DNA of 64,000 bases, from contig JAUXTU010000118.1 in NCBI GenBank assembly GCA_030679145.1, positions 17,679-81,678 on the forward strand, read 5' to 3'. Both the position numbers and the translations under genes were made by a program. The notes beneath the pieces were generated by a model that saw nothing but the letters and a program-made list of their open reading frames with translations, had not been told where the DNA came from and did not search any database. The DNA comes from Bacteroidota bacterium (lineage in GTDB: Bacteria > Bacteroidota > Ignavibacteria > UBA10030 > UBA8401). Below are positions 36,537 to 46,370 of this stretch, piece after piece (position 1 is the stretch's first letter; each line of letters opens with the position of its first letter).

Positions 36537-38051
36537 CTATGGCACAAGCGTTACACATTGTTCATACAACGATCTTGACGTACTTTGGCTTTCAGAGAAA
36601 CTTTTTGCAGTGCACTTTCTATATACGATCGGTATTGTTGGAACGATTTTTCCACCGATTGAATTGTCAATGGTTAATGTGTTTTCACAAAAGACGTTTT
36701 CCAGAATCGGTGAATCAGTGAACCGACCTATCAATAATTTTGATGACGTATTCCCCGTTACTGTAAGGTCATTTATTCGAAATCCCGAAATAATATCCAT
36801 ATTTTCTTTTTTTGGTATTACAGTATAATCTTTTCCCCAAAGCCCCCTTGATCCTATAAATTGAAGGTTTGGCGTACGGTAACTTGAATCCATATTACCA
36901 TTGATAACACCGCTGAGTGTAAAATTTTTCAATACTCTCCCTCTATCTTCAGGATCAAAATTATCCAGTGAATCCAAACGATCGAAGAATACCACATGCG
37001 AAACACTTCCCCTTCCATTGTAACGCACATCAACTTTAAGATATATTCCATCCATTATTGCAGATTGAAACAGTCCATTTCGATTCCGATATCCGTGCCA
37101 CATAATGCCGATACAATAATCCGTTCCTTCTGGATCCATTGTTGTTTCGGTATTTTGATATTCAATATTGATATTTTTTAAGAGCGGCAGACTATCCGTA
37201 TCTTGATATACATACCCATTAAGTAAAACATCCGTAGAATAGATATTATTTTTTGACACAACCCGAGCTTTAAAATCATGAATATCAGAGAGATACAACG
37301 TACGATATGCTGTATTCGACTCAATCAGATCTGCCGAAAGATTGTTCCCAGTCCGTGCGCACCTTAATACATATCCTGCATACTCTGATTTTAAAATTCC
37401 GATTTGAATATTTTTTACTTCTGTTTTCTGATTACCAATGCGGTTTAATTCGATCCCAACCGCAACATTTTTCACGGTATTATATGGCATTGATATATTT
37501 TCAGAATTACCATCAAAACCGACGAAAACAACTCCGTTCCATGTTATGCCGCCGTCATTTGTTATTTTTTTAAAATGATGACCGATGATGTGCAATCCCG
37601 TTATGCTGATATTTTTACAATCTCTAAAATGAAACAGATACCCAAAAAATCCCGGTTCGTCTCTTGTAGTATCAATCATTATGATTGCAGAATCGCCGAT
37701 GATACTCAGATTTTCTACACCCTTAAATGCAGGGAAACTTGGTCTGCTCAATGGTGAACCTTTGCTCCAGATGAAATATGTCCCTTGTGGAAAGAAAAGC
37801 GTGCAGTTTCCGGAAGCTGCAGCCAAACAAGCCTTCTTTATTGCTTCCAAATCATCGGTAACACCATCTCCCTTTGCTCCAAAATTTTTTACGCTAATTA
37901 CTGTAGTTATATTTTCCCATGAACCCTGTTCAACATTATTAATAGTAGGATTAAATGCGAGGATAGAATTATAACCAACAATTAGCAAGAGTATAAAAGA
38001 AAAAACATCACCGTATAGAATTCGAAACTTGGATTTGATGTAATGATACAT
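36537..38051 (-). CDS. Exported parallel beta-helix protein (pectate lyase 3 / GH28-related N-terminus)
   Basis: Hydrophobic N-terminal segment, then ISVKNFGAKGDGVTDDLEAIKKA...LFFPQGTY. Start placed at ATG 38051 (MYHYIK) to avoid overlap with the upstream gene. Confidence 0.75.
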   Translation of the reverse strand: MYHYIKSKFRILYGDVFSFILLLIVGYNSILAFNPTINNVEQGSWENITTVISVKNFGAKGDGVTDDLEAIKKACLAAASGNCTLFFPQGTYFIWSKGSPLSRPSFPAFKGVENLSIIGDSAIIMIDTTRDEPGFFGYLFHFRDCKNISITGLHIIGHHFKKITNDGGITWNGVVFVGFDGNSENISMPYNTVKNVAVGIELNRIGNQKTEVKNIQIGILKSEYAGYVLRCARTGNNLSADLIESNTAYRTLYLSDIHDFKARVVSKNNIYSTDVLLNGYVYQDTDSLPLLKNINIEYQNTETTMDPEGTDYCIGIMWHGYRNRNGLFQSAIMDGIYLKVDVRYNGRGSVSHVVFFDRLDSLDNFDPEDRGRVLKNFTLSGVINGNMDSSYRTPNLQFIGSRGLWGKDYTVIPKKENMDIISGFRINDLTVTGNTSSKLLIGRFTDSPILENVFCENTLTIDNSIGGKIVPTIPIVYRKCTAKSFSESQSTSRSLYEQCVTLVP

Positions 38052-38061
38052 TTTTAATAAA

Positions 38062-38787
38062 TTATTTCGTTTCATTATTCGTTTCATTTTTTCTTGAACG
38101 AATGATTTTTGCCGGAACACCTGCAACAACTGAATAGGGAGGAACATCCTTACTAACTACACTTCCCGCTGCAACAATAGAACCACGACCAACCCGAACT
38201 CCCGACAAAATAATACTGTTAGCAGCAATCCAACAATCGTCTTCAATAATTACTGTACTTCTTTCAACCCCCTGCTCTTTCATAACAACATCAGCTTCTG
38301 AAAATGCATGGTTTTCTGCATATATGCTGACACGAGGAGATATCAAAACATTGTTACCAATTTCAATATAACCAGAACAACCAATGTAATTATATGGTCC
38401 AATATTGGAATTGTTCCCGACCTTTAATCCTTCTCCTAATTCACCACCGTAAAAATTTGTCGGTCGAATAATGGCAAACCGCCCCACTGTAACGCGATTA
38501 CCAAAAACAATACCACGTCTCGATATAGATTGTATTTCGCAATAATCTTCAGCAATAAAACTTTTTCCGACATGTAAATGTTTTGCATGACGGATAATAA
38601 CACCTTTGCCGATAAGTAATATTCCTTTTGCACTTCCTAAAAAAGGAATTCTAAGTAAACCTCGAATTGCACAAACCGATAGCATCAAAAAAACACGAAG
38701 GACAGACATCCCATCCCATTCAGCATTAAACCTATTAGATGATCCCACACCACTTTTATTCAGGAGCCATTTCAATATTGACCGCAT
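38062..38787 (-). CDS. Hexapeptide-repeat (LbetaH) acyltransferase
   Basis: [40 protein letters not shown]...VAGVPAK. Confidence 0.92.
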   Translation of the reverse strand: MRSILKWLLNKSGVGSSNRFNAEWDGMSVLRVFLMLSVCAIRGLLRIPFLGSAKGILLIGKGVIIRHAKHLHVGKSFIAEDYCEIQSISRRGIVFGNRVTVGRFAIIRPTNFYGGELGEGLKVGNNSNIGPYNYIGCSGYIEIGNNVLISPRVSIYAENHAFSEADVVMKEQGVERSTVIIEDDCWIAANSIILSGVRVGRGSIVAAGSVVSKDVPPYSVVAGVPAKIIRSRKNETNNETK

Positions 38788-38799
38788 TTTATTTACCCA

Positions 38800-39930
38800 C
38801 TAATTGATTATAGAAGATAACGTTTCAAATAATTTTTGTTCGCAAACTCTTTGTGAAAATCTTTTCTCAATAATATCCCTTCCTTTAAGACCCATTTGAA
38901 ATCTTTTTTCCGGCACTTTCAATAATATTTCGATAGATTCTTCCCATTCTTTATTTGTTGAGGCTAAAAAGCCGCTCTCACCATGTTCAATAATGTCTTT
39001 ATTCACTCCAACGGGGGATGCAATAGTAGGAACTCCACAAGCCATATACAATAACGCTTTATACCCGCATTTACCCCGAGACCACTCATCATCTACCAAC
39101 GGCATTACTCCAATGGTAAATTTTTTTATCTCATCAATAAAAATATCTTGTGGTATCGAATCGATTATTTCCGCTGTAAAGGTATCACTGTGAGAAAATA
39201 ATTCTCTTATTTTTTTAGACCCCATAGCACCGATAATTCTGATGGTAATGGGATACTTCTTTGAAATATTTCGAATCGGTTCTAAAAGAATTCGCAAGTG
39301 TTCAATATGCTGTTCTCCAGCACCCACCCAACCAATAATGGTTGGTGAAGGATTTATATTCTCTTCGGGAATGGTGTACTGTGATGTATCAACAGGGGTT
39401 GGGATAACTGAAATATGTGAGTTAACAGGACGCACTTTTTCGGCAAGATAACTATTTCCAGCAATGACTAATTTATAGTACGGTAACATCGAAAAGAATT
39501 TTTTTCGAATCTCATCCTTATTTGAATCTGACCATTCCGATATCCCTAACCCAGAAAACGGAACAAATAATGCGTCATCAAAATCATAAACAAGGTTTTT
39601 ATTAAGCGTTTTCAAAAAATACAACACTACCTTTGGCAATCTTGTCCGCTGTATAACAACAATATCATAAAATGGACTGGAGCATATTAACAAAATCAAT
39701 TTCCAAATCTTGAGCAAAGTATCAGATCGAAAAAACCTGTTTTTATTAAACTCTTTTATCGTTGAATCCAAATCTTTATACTCGTTGTTCCATGAAATGA
39801 CATTTACACGACAACCACGTTTCAAAAAATATGGAACGTAATTAAATACTCTAAATTTTCCACTGAGTTTATAATCTCCGGCAGTCCCTGCCGCAAGAAA
39901 AAGTACGGAGAATTTTTTAGTGTTATCCAT
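38800..39930 (-). CDS. Glycosyltransferase family 4
   Basis: YDFDDA, IGWVG, IGVMPL...GKCGYK...YMACGVP.IASPVG. Confidence 0.88.
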   Translation of the reverse strand: MDNTKKFSVLFLAAGTAGDYKLSGKFRVFNYVPYFLKRGCRVNVISWNNEYKDLDSTIKEFNKNRFFRSDTLLKIWKLILLICSSPFYDIVVIQRTRLPKVVLYFLKTLNKNLVYDFDDALFVPFSGLGISEWSDSNKDEIRKKFFSMLPYYKLVIAGNSYLAEKVRPVNSHISVIPTPVDTSQYTIPEENINPSPTIIGWVGAGEQHIEHLRILLEPIRNISKKYPITIRIIGAMGSKKIRELFSHSDTFTAEIIDSIPQDIFIDEIKKFTIGVMPLVDDEWSRGKCGYKALLYMACGVPTIASPVGVNKDIIEHGESGFLASTNKEWEESIEILLKVPEKRFQMGLKGRDIIEKRFSQRVCEQKLFETLSSIIN

Positions 39931-41123
39931 TAAGCGATTACTTCCTCAAATAATTTTTCAAAGTTTTTTGCCACAACCGTAATATCATACTGTTGTAATA
40001 TTTTTCGAAGAGCTTCTTCTCCAAACTGTTTCCTTAGCACAGATGATGATATAAGTTTGCGTATTGCTTTTCGAAGGGCTTCTTCATCTCCATAATCAAT
40101 AATAAGTCCATCAACACCCTCTTCAATAACATCCGGAACACCGCTGACACGCGTTGCAATACTCGGCAATCCGCACGCACGTGCTTCTATCAGGACATTG
40201 GGAAGTCCTTCGGATTGTGAAGGAAGAATAAATATATCGGCTGTTTGAAAATATTTCTCCCGGTCCGCAACTTGTCCCAAGAAATCAACAGTGATCTGTG
40301 ATTTTATTTCTTTTGCTTCCTTCTTTACCGAATCTTCAATAATGTTCTGGGCAAATTTTCCGCTCCCCAATACGAGTAACTCAACATTGTTGGGAACATC
40401 ATTCAAAATTGAAATCGAACGGATCAGAAAGTCGATCCCTTTATTGGCATTCAAATGACCGCAATAAAGAAGATAGATGCTCTCCTGTTTAAGACCGAGT
40501 GTCTCCCTCATCTGTTTGCGTTGTTCCGGATCGAGAGGATGAAATTTATTTGTATCAACACCGTTGTTCATTCTTCTGATGCGTTCAGGTTTAACCCCTT
40601 CTTCAATGAATCGTTTTTCGATGAATGAACTGATCGCAAGAAAACGATCGAATGCTGCATACCCTTTTTTGCGAAGAGAATAGAAAGCCGACCCTCGAAG
40701 GTTTCCTATCTCGGGTGAGAACGTCGATGCAGTTCGGACAAACGACTTTTTTCCAAACAACTTAAAGAAAAACGCAGGGATGGAAAAGTAATCAAGACCG
40801 AAAAAGAAAATGATAACGTCAAATTGTCTTAATCGGAACAGACCATAACCGATAAGTGAAAAGACGTAGAGCAAATTTTCAAGAATTGCCGGAAGTCCCT
40901 TCTCTTTTTTAAAATTGAAACTCGGTACCCGGTGAATTGGTATCGAACCAAGCATTTCATCCTTTGCTGTTCCTTTAATTCTGCTTGATACTACACGGAC
41001 TCTGTTTCCCCTTTTAATCAGCTCTTCCGCAACAAGACGCGCTTGGTTTTCTCCACCTCCCACAATGGGATAAAACCTCGGTGTTGCAATGATAATACTA
41101 TATTTTTTTTCGTCTCTCTTCAT
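39930..41123 (-). CDS. Glycosyltransferase family 4
   Basis: GGGENQ, NGVD, KGID, PSQSEGLPNVLIEA. Confidence 0.9.
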   Translation of the reverse strand: MKRDEKKYSIIIATPRFYPIVGGGENQARLVAEELIKRGNRVRVVSSRIKGTAKDEMLGSIPIHRVPSFNFKKEKGLPAILENLLYVFSLIGYGLFRLRQFDVIIFFFGLDYFSIPAFFFKLFGKKSFVRTASTFSPEIGNLRGSAFYSLRKKGYAAFDRFLAISSFIEKRFIEEGVKPERIRRMNNGVDTNKFHPLDPEQRKQMRETLGLKQESIYLLYCGHLNANKGIDFLIRSISILNDVPNNVELLVLGSGKFAQNIIEDSVKKEAKEIKSQITVDFLGQVADREKYFQTADIFILPSQSEGLPNVLIEARACGLPSIATRVSGVPDVIEEGVDGLIIDYGDEEALRKAIRKLISSSVLRKQFGEEALRKILQQYDITVVAKNFEKLFEEVIA

Positions 41124-41168
41124 GTATTATTGTATTGTATTAGAAACCATTTACAAACTCAAATCGTT

Positions 41169-41287
41169 GTCATTGCAAACTGTTCTTTGGCGAAGTCCCG
41201 CATTATGGGACTCCATAAAGCGGAGCAATCTCGTTTTTTCTTTTTATCTTAAAAAGATTGCGTCGTCGCTTCGCTCCTCGCAATGAC
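41169..41287. repeat. REP-like inverted pair, copy 2, with one nested insertion
   Basis: GTCATTGCAAACTGTTCTTTGGCGAA[30 nt]GCAATCT...AGATTGCGTCGTCGCTTCGCTCCTCGCAATGAC. Confidence 0.85.
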
Positions 41288-41307
41288 CATTTTTTTTGTA
41301 ACATCAG

Positions 41308-42630
41308 TTATAAAGTTTTTTGCAAAACGGTCTTTACTTCCGATTCAATCTCCTCCGTTGGAAGAAATGCTATGCACAACATAACGGCTACGAGACCGAA
41401 ACTTGTAAACCGAAACAGAACATTGGACCATAATGAAACAAGTATCATATTCGTGACTAATAACCATACCATGAGTTTTTCGGGTTGTTTTAGTTTCCCT
41501 GCGTTCTTCAATATCACACCTAAAAAACTCACAAATAATAGTGCATATGGAAGCCCTCGTTCAAAAATAAGCGTGAATCCTAAATTCTCATAATCAACCC
41601 AATCGAGTTTCTGACTAATAAGCCGCAGTTCTTTAAATGGAGATCCGAACAGAGTGCTTAGTATCGTACGATCGAATGCAATGCTTCCCAAAATATCCCA
41701 CGTATCAATGCGCGTAGAAAATGTATCTGTCAGCGCCATATAGATTATAATATTTTCTATGATCACGTTAATGTAAAAGAACAATACTGCTAAAACAGAA
41801 ATGCCGACAAATCTTTTGAAGTTCTTTGAATATGTTGATAAGATAAAGAAAAAAAATACACCAGTGACAAAGATAGCGATCATTCCGAAACGAGAAGTAT
41901 TGAGCAACGAAGAGACAGCAACGAAGCCCATTAACACAAGAAAATATTTATTTTTGCGTTCCGTAGCAAAATATGTATACCCAAAAAGTAAAAAATAAAA
42001 CGGCAGCTGGGTTCCCCAATGATTATGCTGACCTAGCATTCCGCTAAAGGTCATTTGAAAAGGTATGTTCAATTGATTAAAAAAGAAATCGATCTGGAGA
42101 CGATCTGATAATTCTAACGCTGGAAAATATTCTAATGTTTTGTTAGCAGTGTTCCAATCATAGGAATTAACAATGAAATCACTAAAGTAGAAGGACTCAT
42201 AAATTGAAAATACTAACTGGACTAAAAACAATACACTCATTGCATAGACAAATTTCAATTCGATCGCTTTTCGTTGGGTTGGATTTGTTCTAAGAAAGAA
42301 TGCAATAATACCAAGTGCAACAGGAATGCTATAATGGCGACCCAGAAATGAGAGCAGACCATATCCATCCCTCACCAGATTAATGAATCCCATGAATATA
42401 TAGATCAAACAGATCCATACAAAAAAACGGATTACGGTGTTATCGGTTTGTCGAGGTATTCTGATGCTTGAAAGTATAAAGATTGTTGCAAATAAATAGT
42501 TTAATAGAACAACATCAAAAGGAAGTTGAAACGCAACAATATTTAACAGCAGTGGAGTAAAAAATACCGCAACAAGCAAGACTATTGATGTATGGTATGA
42601 TGGTAACGCTCTATTCTCAGTAATGCTCAT
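41308..42630 (-). CDS. Polytopic membrane protein, probable Wzy polymerase / O-antigen ligase-like
   Basis: Many TM segments; NTSRFG and FSTRIDTW loops; E.G..Y motif; position among glycosyltransferases. Confidence 0.7.
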   Translation of the reverse strand: MSITENRALPSYHTSIVLLVAVFFTPLLLNIVAFQLPFDVVLLNYLFATIFILSSIRIPRQTDNTVIRFFVWICLIYIFMGFINLVRDGYGLLSFLGRHYSIPVALGIIAFFLRTNPTQRKAIELKFVYAMSVLFLVQLVFSIYESFYFSDFIVNSYDWNTANKTLEYFPALELSDRLQIDFFFNQLNIPFQMTFSGMLGQHNHWGTQLPFYFLLFGYTYFATERKNKYFLVLMGFVAVSSLLNTSRFGMIAIFVTGVFFFFILSTYSKNFKRFVGISVLAVLFFYINVIIENIIIYMALTDTFSTRIDTWDILGSIAFDRTILSTLFGSPFKELRLISQKLDWVDYENLGFTLIFERGLPYALLFVSFLGVILKNAGKLKQPEKLMVWLLVTNMILVSLWSNVLFRFTSFGLVAVMLCIAFLPTEEIESEVKTVLQKTL

Positions 42631-42683
42631 GAACTATATTTTTTTCTTTGATCTATAATCACGATTTAAAACAGTGACATCAT

Positions 42684-43517
42684 TTACGGTTTTGATGCGA
42701 TGATATAAATGTTCGTTAATTGCAGCCAGGATCCGATCTTTTTTTGCATTTTCCGTGAAGGTATCATTAAAATCATCTTTTCAATCCATGTCACAACGCC
42801 GACTCGAACTAATCCAATATGAAAAAGAATATCGTTGAGTCTAAATATCCTTCGTAAAATAATTTGAGTGTTAATTTTTTTAAATCCTCCTTTTTGGAGA
42901 AGTGCTGCCAAGTCCCAATACATATATTCTTTCATGTGAAATCCGGTTGGATAGTCGTCGAAATATTTAGAGATGTCATGGGGACCGGTAAGTCCATGAG
43001 GGGTTACAATGAATATTTTCCCGCCGGGTTTCAGGTGGCTATACATGCAGTGGATATGTTCATCAACCTCATCCGGATGAAGATGTTCGATAAGATGGAG
43101 AGAATAGATCAGGTCGAACTGTTGATTATCCAAGGCAAACGATGCGACATCACTTTCTACCAAATGGACATTGGGCAGAAAAGATTTTATGGACTTCGCA
43201 ACTGTAACATCTAGCCCCGTCACCGAAGCAACAAGCGGGCTTACATATTGTAACATTTTCCCCGAACCGCAGCCCAACTCCAAGACGTCAGCATTCGGAC
43301 GCAGCAATGGGCGAAGAAAAGAAAGGTAAAATTCTGCCTCTCGCGCATATTCTTCGTCGCTTTTATTTCGCGAAATATGCCACGGAATTTCTTCATAGAG
43401 CGTGCGGTACGCATTCCCAACAATCTGTTTTCGGTCTTTAGGATCACTGTTGCGGATCTGATCGGCAAGTTTTCTTTCTAATAGATAATGCTTTTTGATC
43501 TTTTCTTCTTCTGTCAT
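42684..43517 (-). CDS. Class I SAM-dependent methyltransferase
   Basis: VLELGCGSG, FDLIYS.HLIEHL, LKPGG. Confidence 0.9.
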   Translation of the reverse strand: MTEEEKIKKHYLLERKLADQIRNSDPKDRKQIVGNAYRTLYEEIPWHISRNKSDEEYAREAEFYLSFLRPLLRPNADVLELGCGSGKMLQYVSPLVASVTGLDVTVAKSIKSFLPNVHLVESDVASFALDNQQFDLIYSLHLIEHLHPDEVDEHIHCMYSHLKPGGKIFIVTPHGLTGPHDISKYFDDYPTGFHMKEYMYWDLAALLQKGGFKKINTQIILRRIFRLNDILFHIGLVRVGVVTWIEKMILMIPSRKMQKKIGSWLQLTNIYIIASKP

Positions 43518-43545
43518 TTTTCAATTCGATTAGTTTGTTAAGATT

Positions 43546-44607
43546 TTATTTAGAACGGAGGAAAGAAGAGTATTTTTTCCAATGCCGTCGTATTTCATGT
43601 TTTAAATACCCGGCATAAAGATGTAAAAAATAATTTAATTTTTGTTTTGGTGTAGTCTTTCTGGCAAAATCATTTGCAGAAGCAATTGAATGTACACCGT
43701 CTTTGTCCGAGCCCTGCAAATGTTCAGCGGGTTGCCCATTCTGCTTCGCCAATAGGTGTTCCCATATTTCGCGATGCTTTCTAGCATAATTTGCCCATGT
43801 CCAATTGATAACTTTATCAGAACGTTGTTTAAATGTATCCGAAATTTCTGTAAAAACTTTTAGAAGATCTTCAAAAGAATGAAATGGATATGTGATGCCA
43901 CCGGTAACATCCAGATGATATCCTTGCGGAACTACGATGGTTTCAACACCGGCAGCAAGAGCATCAATAAAACCCATCTGTCCTTCATCTTCCCCGAAGT
44001 ACATAAAATAATCTAACGTTGGAAGGAGGCGAATATATTCATCATAATCAAAATCCGTGAAATATTTTACGATAAAATGTTTCTTCTCTAAATGTTCTAT
44101 TTGTGGTTCCCACCCTGCGCCCATCACAATAAATTCAAAATTTTTCGGATCCAAATAATCAGCGAGTTTCCCGAGCAGAAATTCTCTTTTACGCCCATCA
44201 TCATATACCCGGGTAGTGATACCAACTCGTCGCCTGCGTGGTGAGAGTACGGAATCATGCGCAGGAAGCACATAGCACAAACTCGAACGAGGTATTCCAC
44301 CGGATGATAACGTTTCAACGGTTTGATTCGACAAACAAATACCTACCGCTGCTATACTTAATTGCTGCTTCAATACATTGAACTTTTGTATTGAATCAAT
44401 ATGTGTTACCATTTGCGTTTGAATACTTGGCGAAGGTTCGAGCAGGTCGTAATGGACAATGTGGTGATTAATATCCGCTGTGTGTTCAATTTCTTGACCG
44501 AGCGAAACGGTAACACCCTGCGGAGTCAAATGTTCATCCAACTTTCGGGCAAATTTACCCAGTATCCAGGTACTGATATCTCCATGACAAACGATATGTA
44601 CCTTCAC
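43546..44607 (-). CDS. Putative glycosyltransferase (divergent GT-B-like)
   Basis: GTG start; DEGQMGFIDALAAG resembles the GT4 E-x7-E region; C-terminal TW...A helix. Confidence 0.55.
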   Translation of the reverse strand: MKVHIVCHGDISTWILGKFARKLDEHLTPQGVTVSLGQEIEHTADINHHIVHYDLLEPSPSIQTQMVTHIDSIQKFNVLKQQLSIAAVGICLSNQTVETLSSGGIPRSSLCYVLPAHDSVLSPRRRRVGITTRVYDDGRKREFLLGKLADYLDPKNFEFIVMGAGWEPQIEHLEKKHFIVKYFTDFDYDEYIRLLPTLDYFMYFGEDEGQMGFIDALAAGVETIVVPQGYHLDVTGGITYPFHSFEDLLKVFTEISDTFKQRSDKVINWTWANYARKHREIWEHLLAKQNGQPAEHLQGSDKDGVHSIASANDFARKTTPKQKLNYFLHLYAGYLKHEIRRHWKKYSSFLRSK

Positions 44608-44608
44608 G

Positions 44609-45388
44609 TTATTTACCCTTCTTCTTTAGACCGACACTGATATTCCATTCATAAGGATCAATAGGACCATCAAACTTCATGAAGGGAGAGGTATAGACAA
44701 CGTCGAAACCGTTCGAATTGAGGATATTATACATCTCTTGAAAGAAATAATACCGCATTGGATGCAGTTCAGTAAAATCATGAATCCGTTTACCATCGAC
44801 AAAATACATGCACGAAAATTTTACGGTAGCAATCTGCTGAACAATATCAAGATTGGTTTCAGAGATCCGTAACAACTCTCCATTTGAATCCGATTTTCTG
44901 ATCACTTTCACCGGATCATAGTGACGCGTAACGGCATTGCCATTCCAGTAATCGAAAATGAAAATTCCGTCTTCAGTAAGCAGGTTAGAAATATTCTTCA
45001 ATGTGCGGAGAAAATCGTCCATCGAAGTAAGATAATCCATCGCAGAGAACATAGAAATGACCACGTCGTATTTTTTTTCTATCTTGTGTGAATCCTGAAA
45101 TGAATAATTGTAGAATGCAGCCTTGCTTCCGTTGCTCTTGGCAGATTCACGTGCAACCGTAATCATGTTCGAAGAGATATCACTCCCCTCAACAAGAAAA
45201 CCCATCTTTTCAAGATGAAAAATATGTTTACCGGTTCCACAAGCTAGATCGAGCAACGTTACCGGGGATGATTTCGGCGCCAATAACTTCTTAATAATTT
45301 TTGTGATATATTCCGCTTCGTCGATATAATTTTTTTCACGGTAAAGTAGATTGTAGAATTCTGCGTATTGATTGAATTGAGAAGACAT
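44609..45388 (-). CDS. Class I SAM-dependent methyltransferase (sugar N/O-methyltransferase-like)
   Basis: YAEFYNLLY..KNY..E, LLDLACGTGKH, GIFIFD.W. Confidence 0.9.
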   Translation of the reverse strand: MSSQFNQYAEFYNLLYREKNYIDEAEYITKIIKKLLAPKSSPVTLLDLACGTGKHIFHLEKMGFLVEGSDISSNMITVARESAKSNGSKAAFYNYSFQDSHKIEKKYDVVISMFSAMDYLTSMDDFLRTLKNISNLLTEDGIFIFDYWNGNAVTRHYDPVKVIRKSDSNGELLRISETNLDIVQQIATVKFSCMYFVDGKRIHDFTELHPMRYYFFQEMYNILNSNGFDVVYTSPFMKFDGPIDPYEWNISVGLKKKGK

Positions 45389-45452
45389 TTGTTAACTTAT
45401 TATTGTAATGAATTAAAAAAGAATTGATTAAATAAACTTTAACTTGGTTGTA

Positions 45453-46367
45453 TTACTTCGGTATCTCAAAAAAATGCATCTCTTTAATTTTTGAAAATTG
45501 AATATCCCATTGTCCTTCAAAACGGACCCTCTGAGCAAAATTTTCTCTAAAATGACTTCCCTGTAATCCATTGATAAACGTCTGGGGAAAAGCATCGGCG
45601 TGAACGAAGAACGCATTGACACCGTTGGAATCTACCGTTACAAATTTGTAACCATAACCATTGAACAAATTTTTCCACCCGGCGATGGAGACTCCATAAT
45701 ACAAATGAGATTTATGCGCAAGATTATAATCAAAATGTTCATCATACATAATTGTTAACGAAGCATTTGGGCCATAGGCTGAATTATATTCAACGCAAAA
45801 TATTTTGGGCCGCATTCCGTCGTCTAAAATCTTTTTTGCGATATAGTAATCGTTTCCATCCATATCCAATGAAAAAACATCCGGATCGGTATGCAACGAT
45901 TTTTTAAGAATCTCTAAGATATTATCAAGTGTAATAAATGCTGCAATAAATTGTAAGCCCCAGTTCAATGGCTGTAAAACAGTTCTGGCATTTTCAATTT
46001 TCGTTTCGTTCCCATCAATCATCAACCCGCTGAATTTTCTGCCAAGTGCCAGCCATGAGCAATTGTTTTCAGTTCCATCGGATGCACCGATCTCGATAAA
46101 ATATCGATTCGGATTGCTGATCTGGTGTGTTAGGTAGTCGAATATTCCGTCCTCACCGTTTTGGGAGAAAGAAGAAAATTCCCACGACAAAGGATCTGTC
46201 GGTATTGTTTCTCTTCCATTAATCGTCACCGCGCCGCGGGAAAAGGCAATAGCAATTTTGTTCATCATCCGCCACTCTAAGAAAAAATTTCGAATTGAGC
46301 GTAACGACAATACTTGCATCATAATCGAGAATCGATATCGAATACTTCTTGTGAGTCTAGATGGCAT
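45453..46367 (-). CDS. Conserved glycan-locus protein, FkbM-like methyltransferase fold
   Basis: FSQNGEDG, FIEIGA.DG.ENN, SLDMDGNDY, RP....VEYN, GVNAFFV; start uncertain. Confidence 0.65.
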   Translation of the reverse strand: MPSRLTRSIRYRFSIMMQVLSLRSIRNFFLEWRMMNKIAIAFSRGAVTINGRETIPTDPLSWEFSSFSQNGEDGIFDYLTHQISNPNRYFIEIGASDGTENNCSWLALGRKFSGLMIDGNETKIENARTVLQPLNWGLQFIAAFITLDNILEILKKSLHTDPDVFSLDMDGNDYYIAKKILDDGMRPKIFCVEYNSAYGPNASLTIMYDEHFDYNLAHKSHLYYGVSIAGWKNLFNGYGYKFVTVDSNGVNAFFVHADAFPQTFINGLQGSHFRENFAQRVRFEGQWDIQFSKIKEMHFFEIPK

Positions 46368-46370
46368 AGA

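Noticed and set aside
36376-36721. Short ORFs over the REP copies (36376-36558, 36455-36721; also 41258-41593)
   Set aside because: They are translations of palindromic repeats or antisense to real genes.
38052-38147. N-terminal extension of the beta-helix protein
   Set aside because: It overlaps the acyltransferase gene; ATG 38051 followed by a hydrophobic segment is more plausible.
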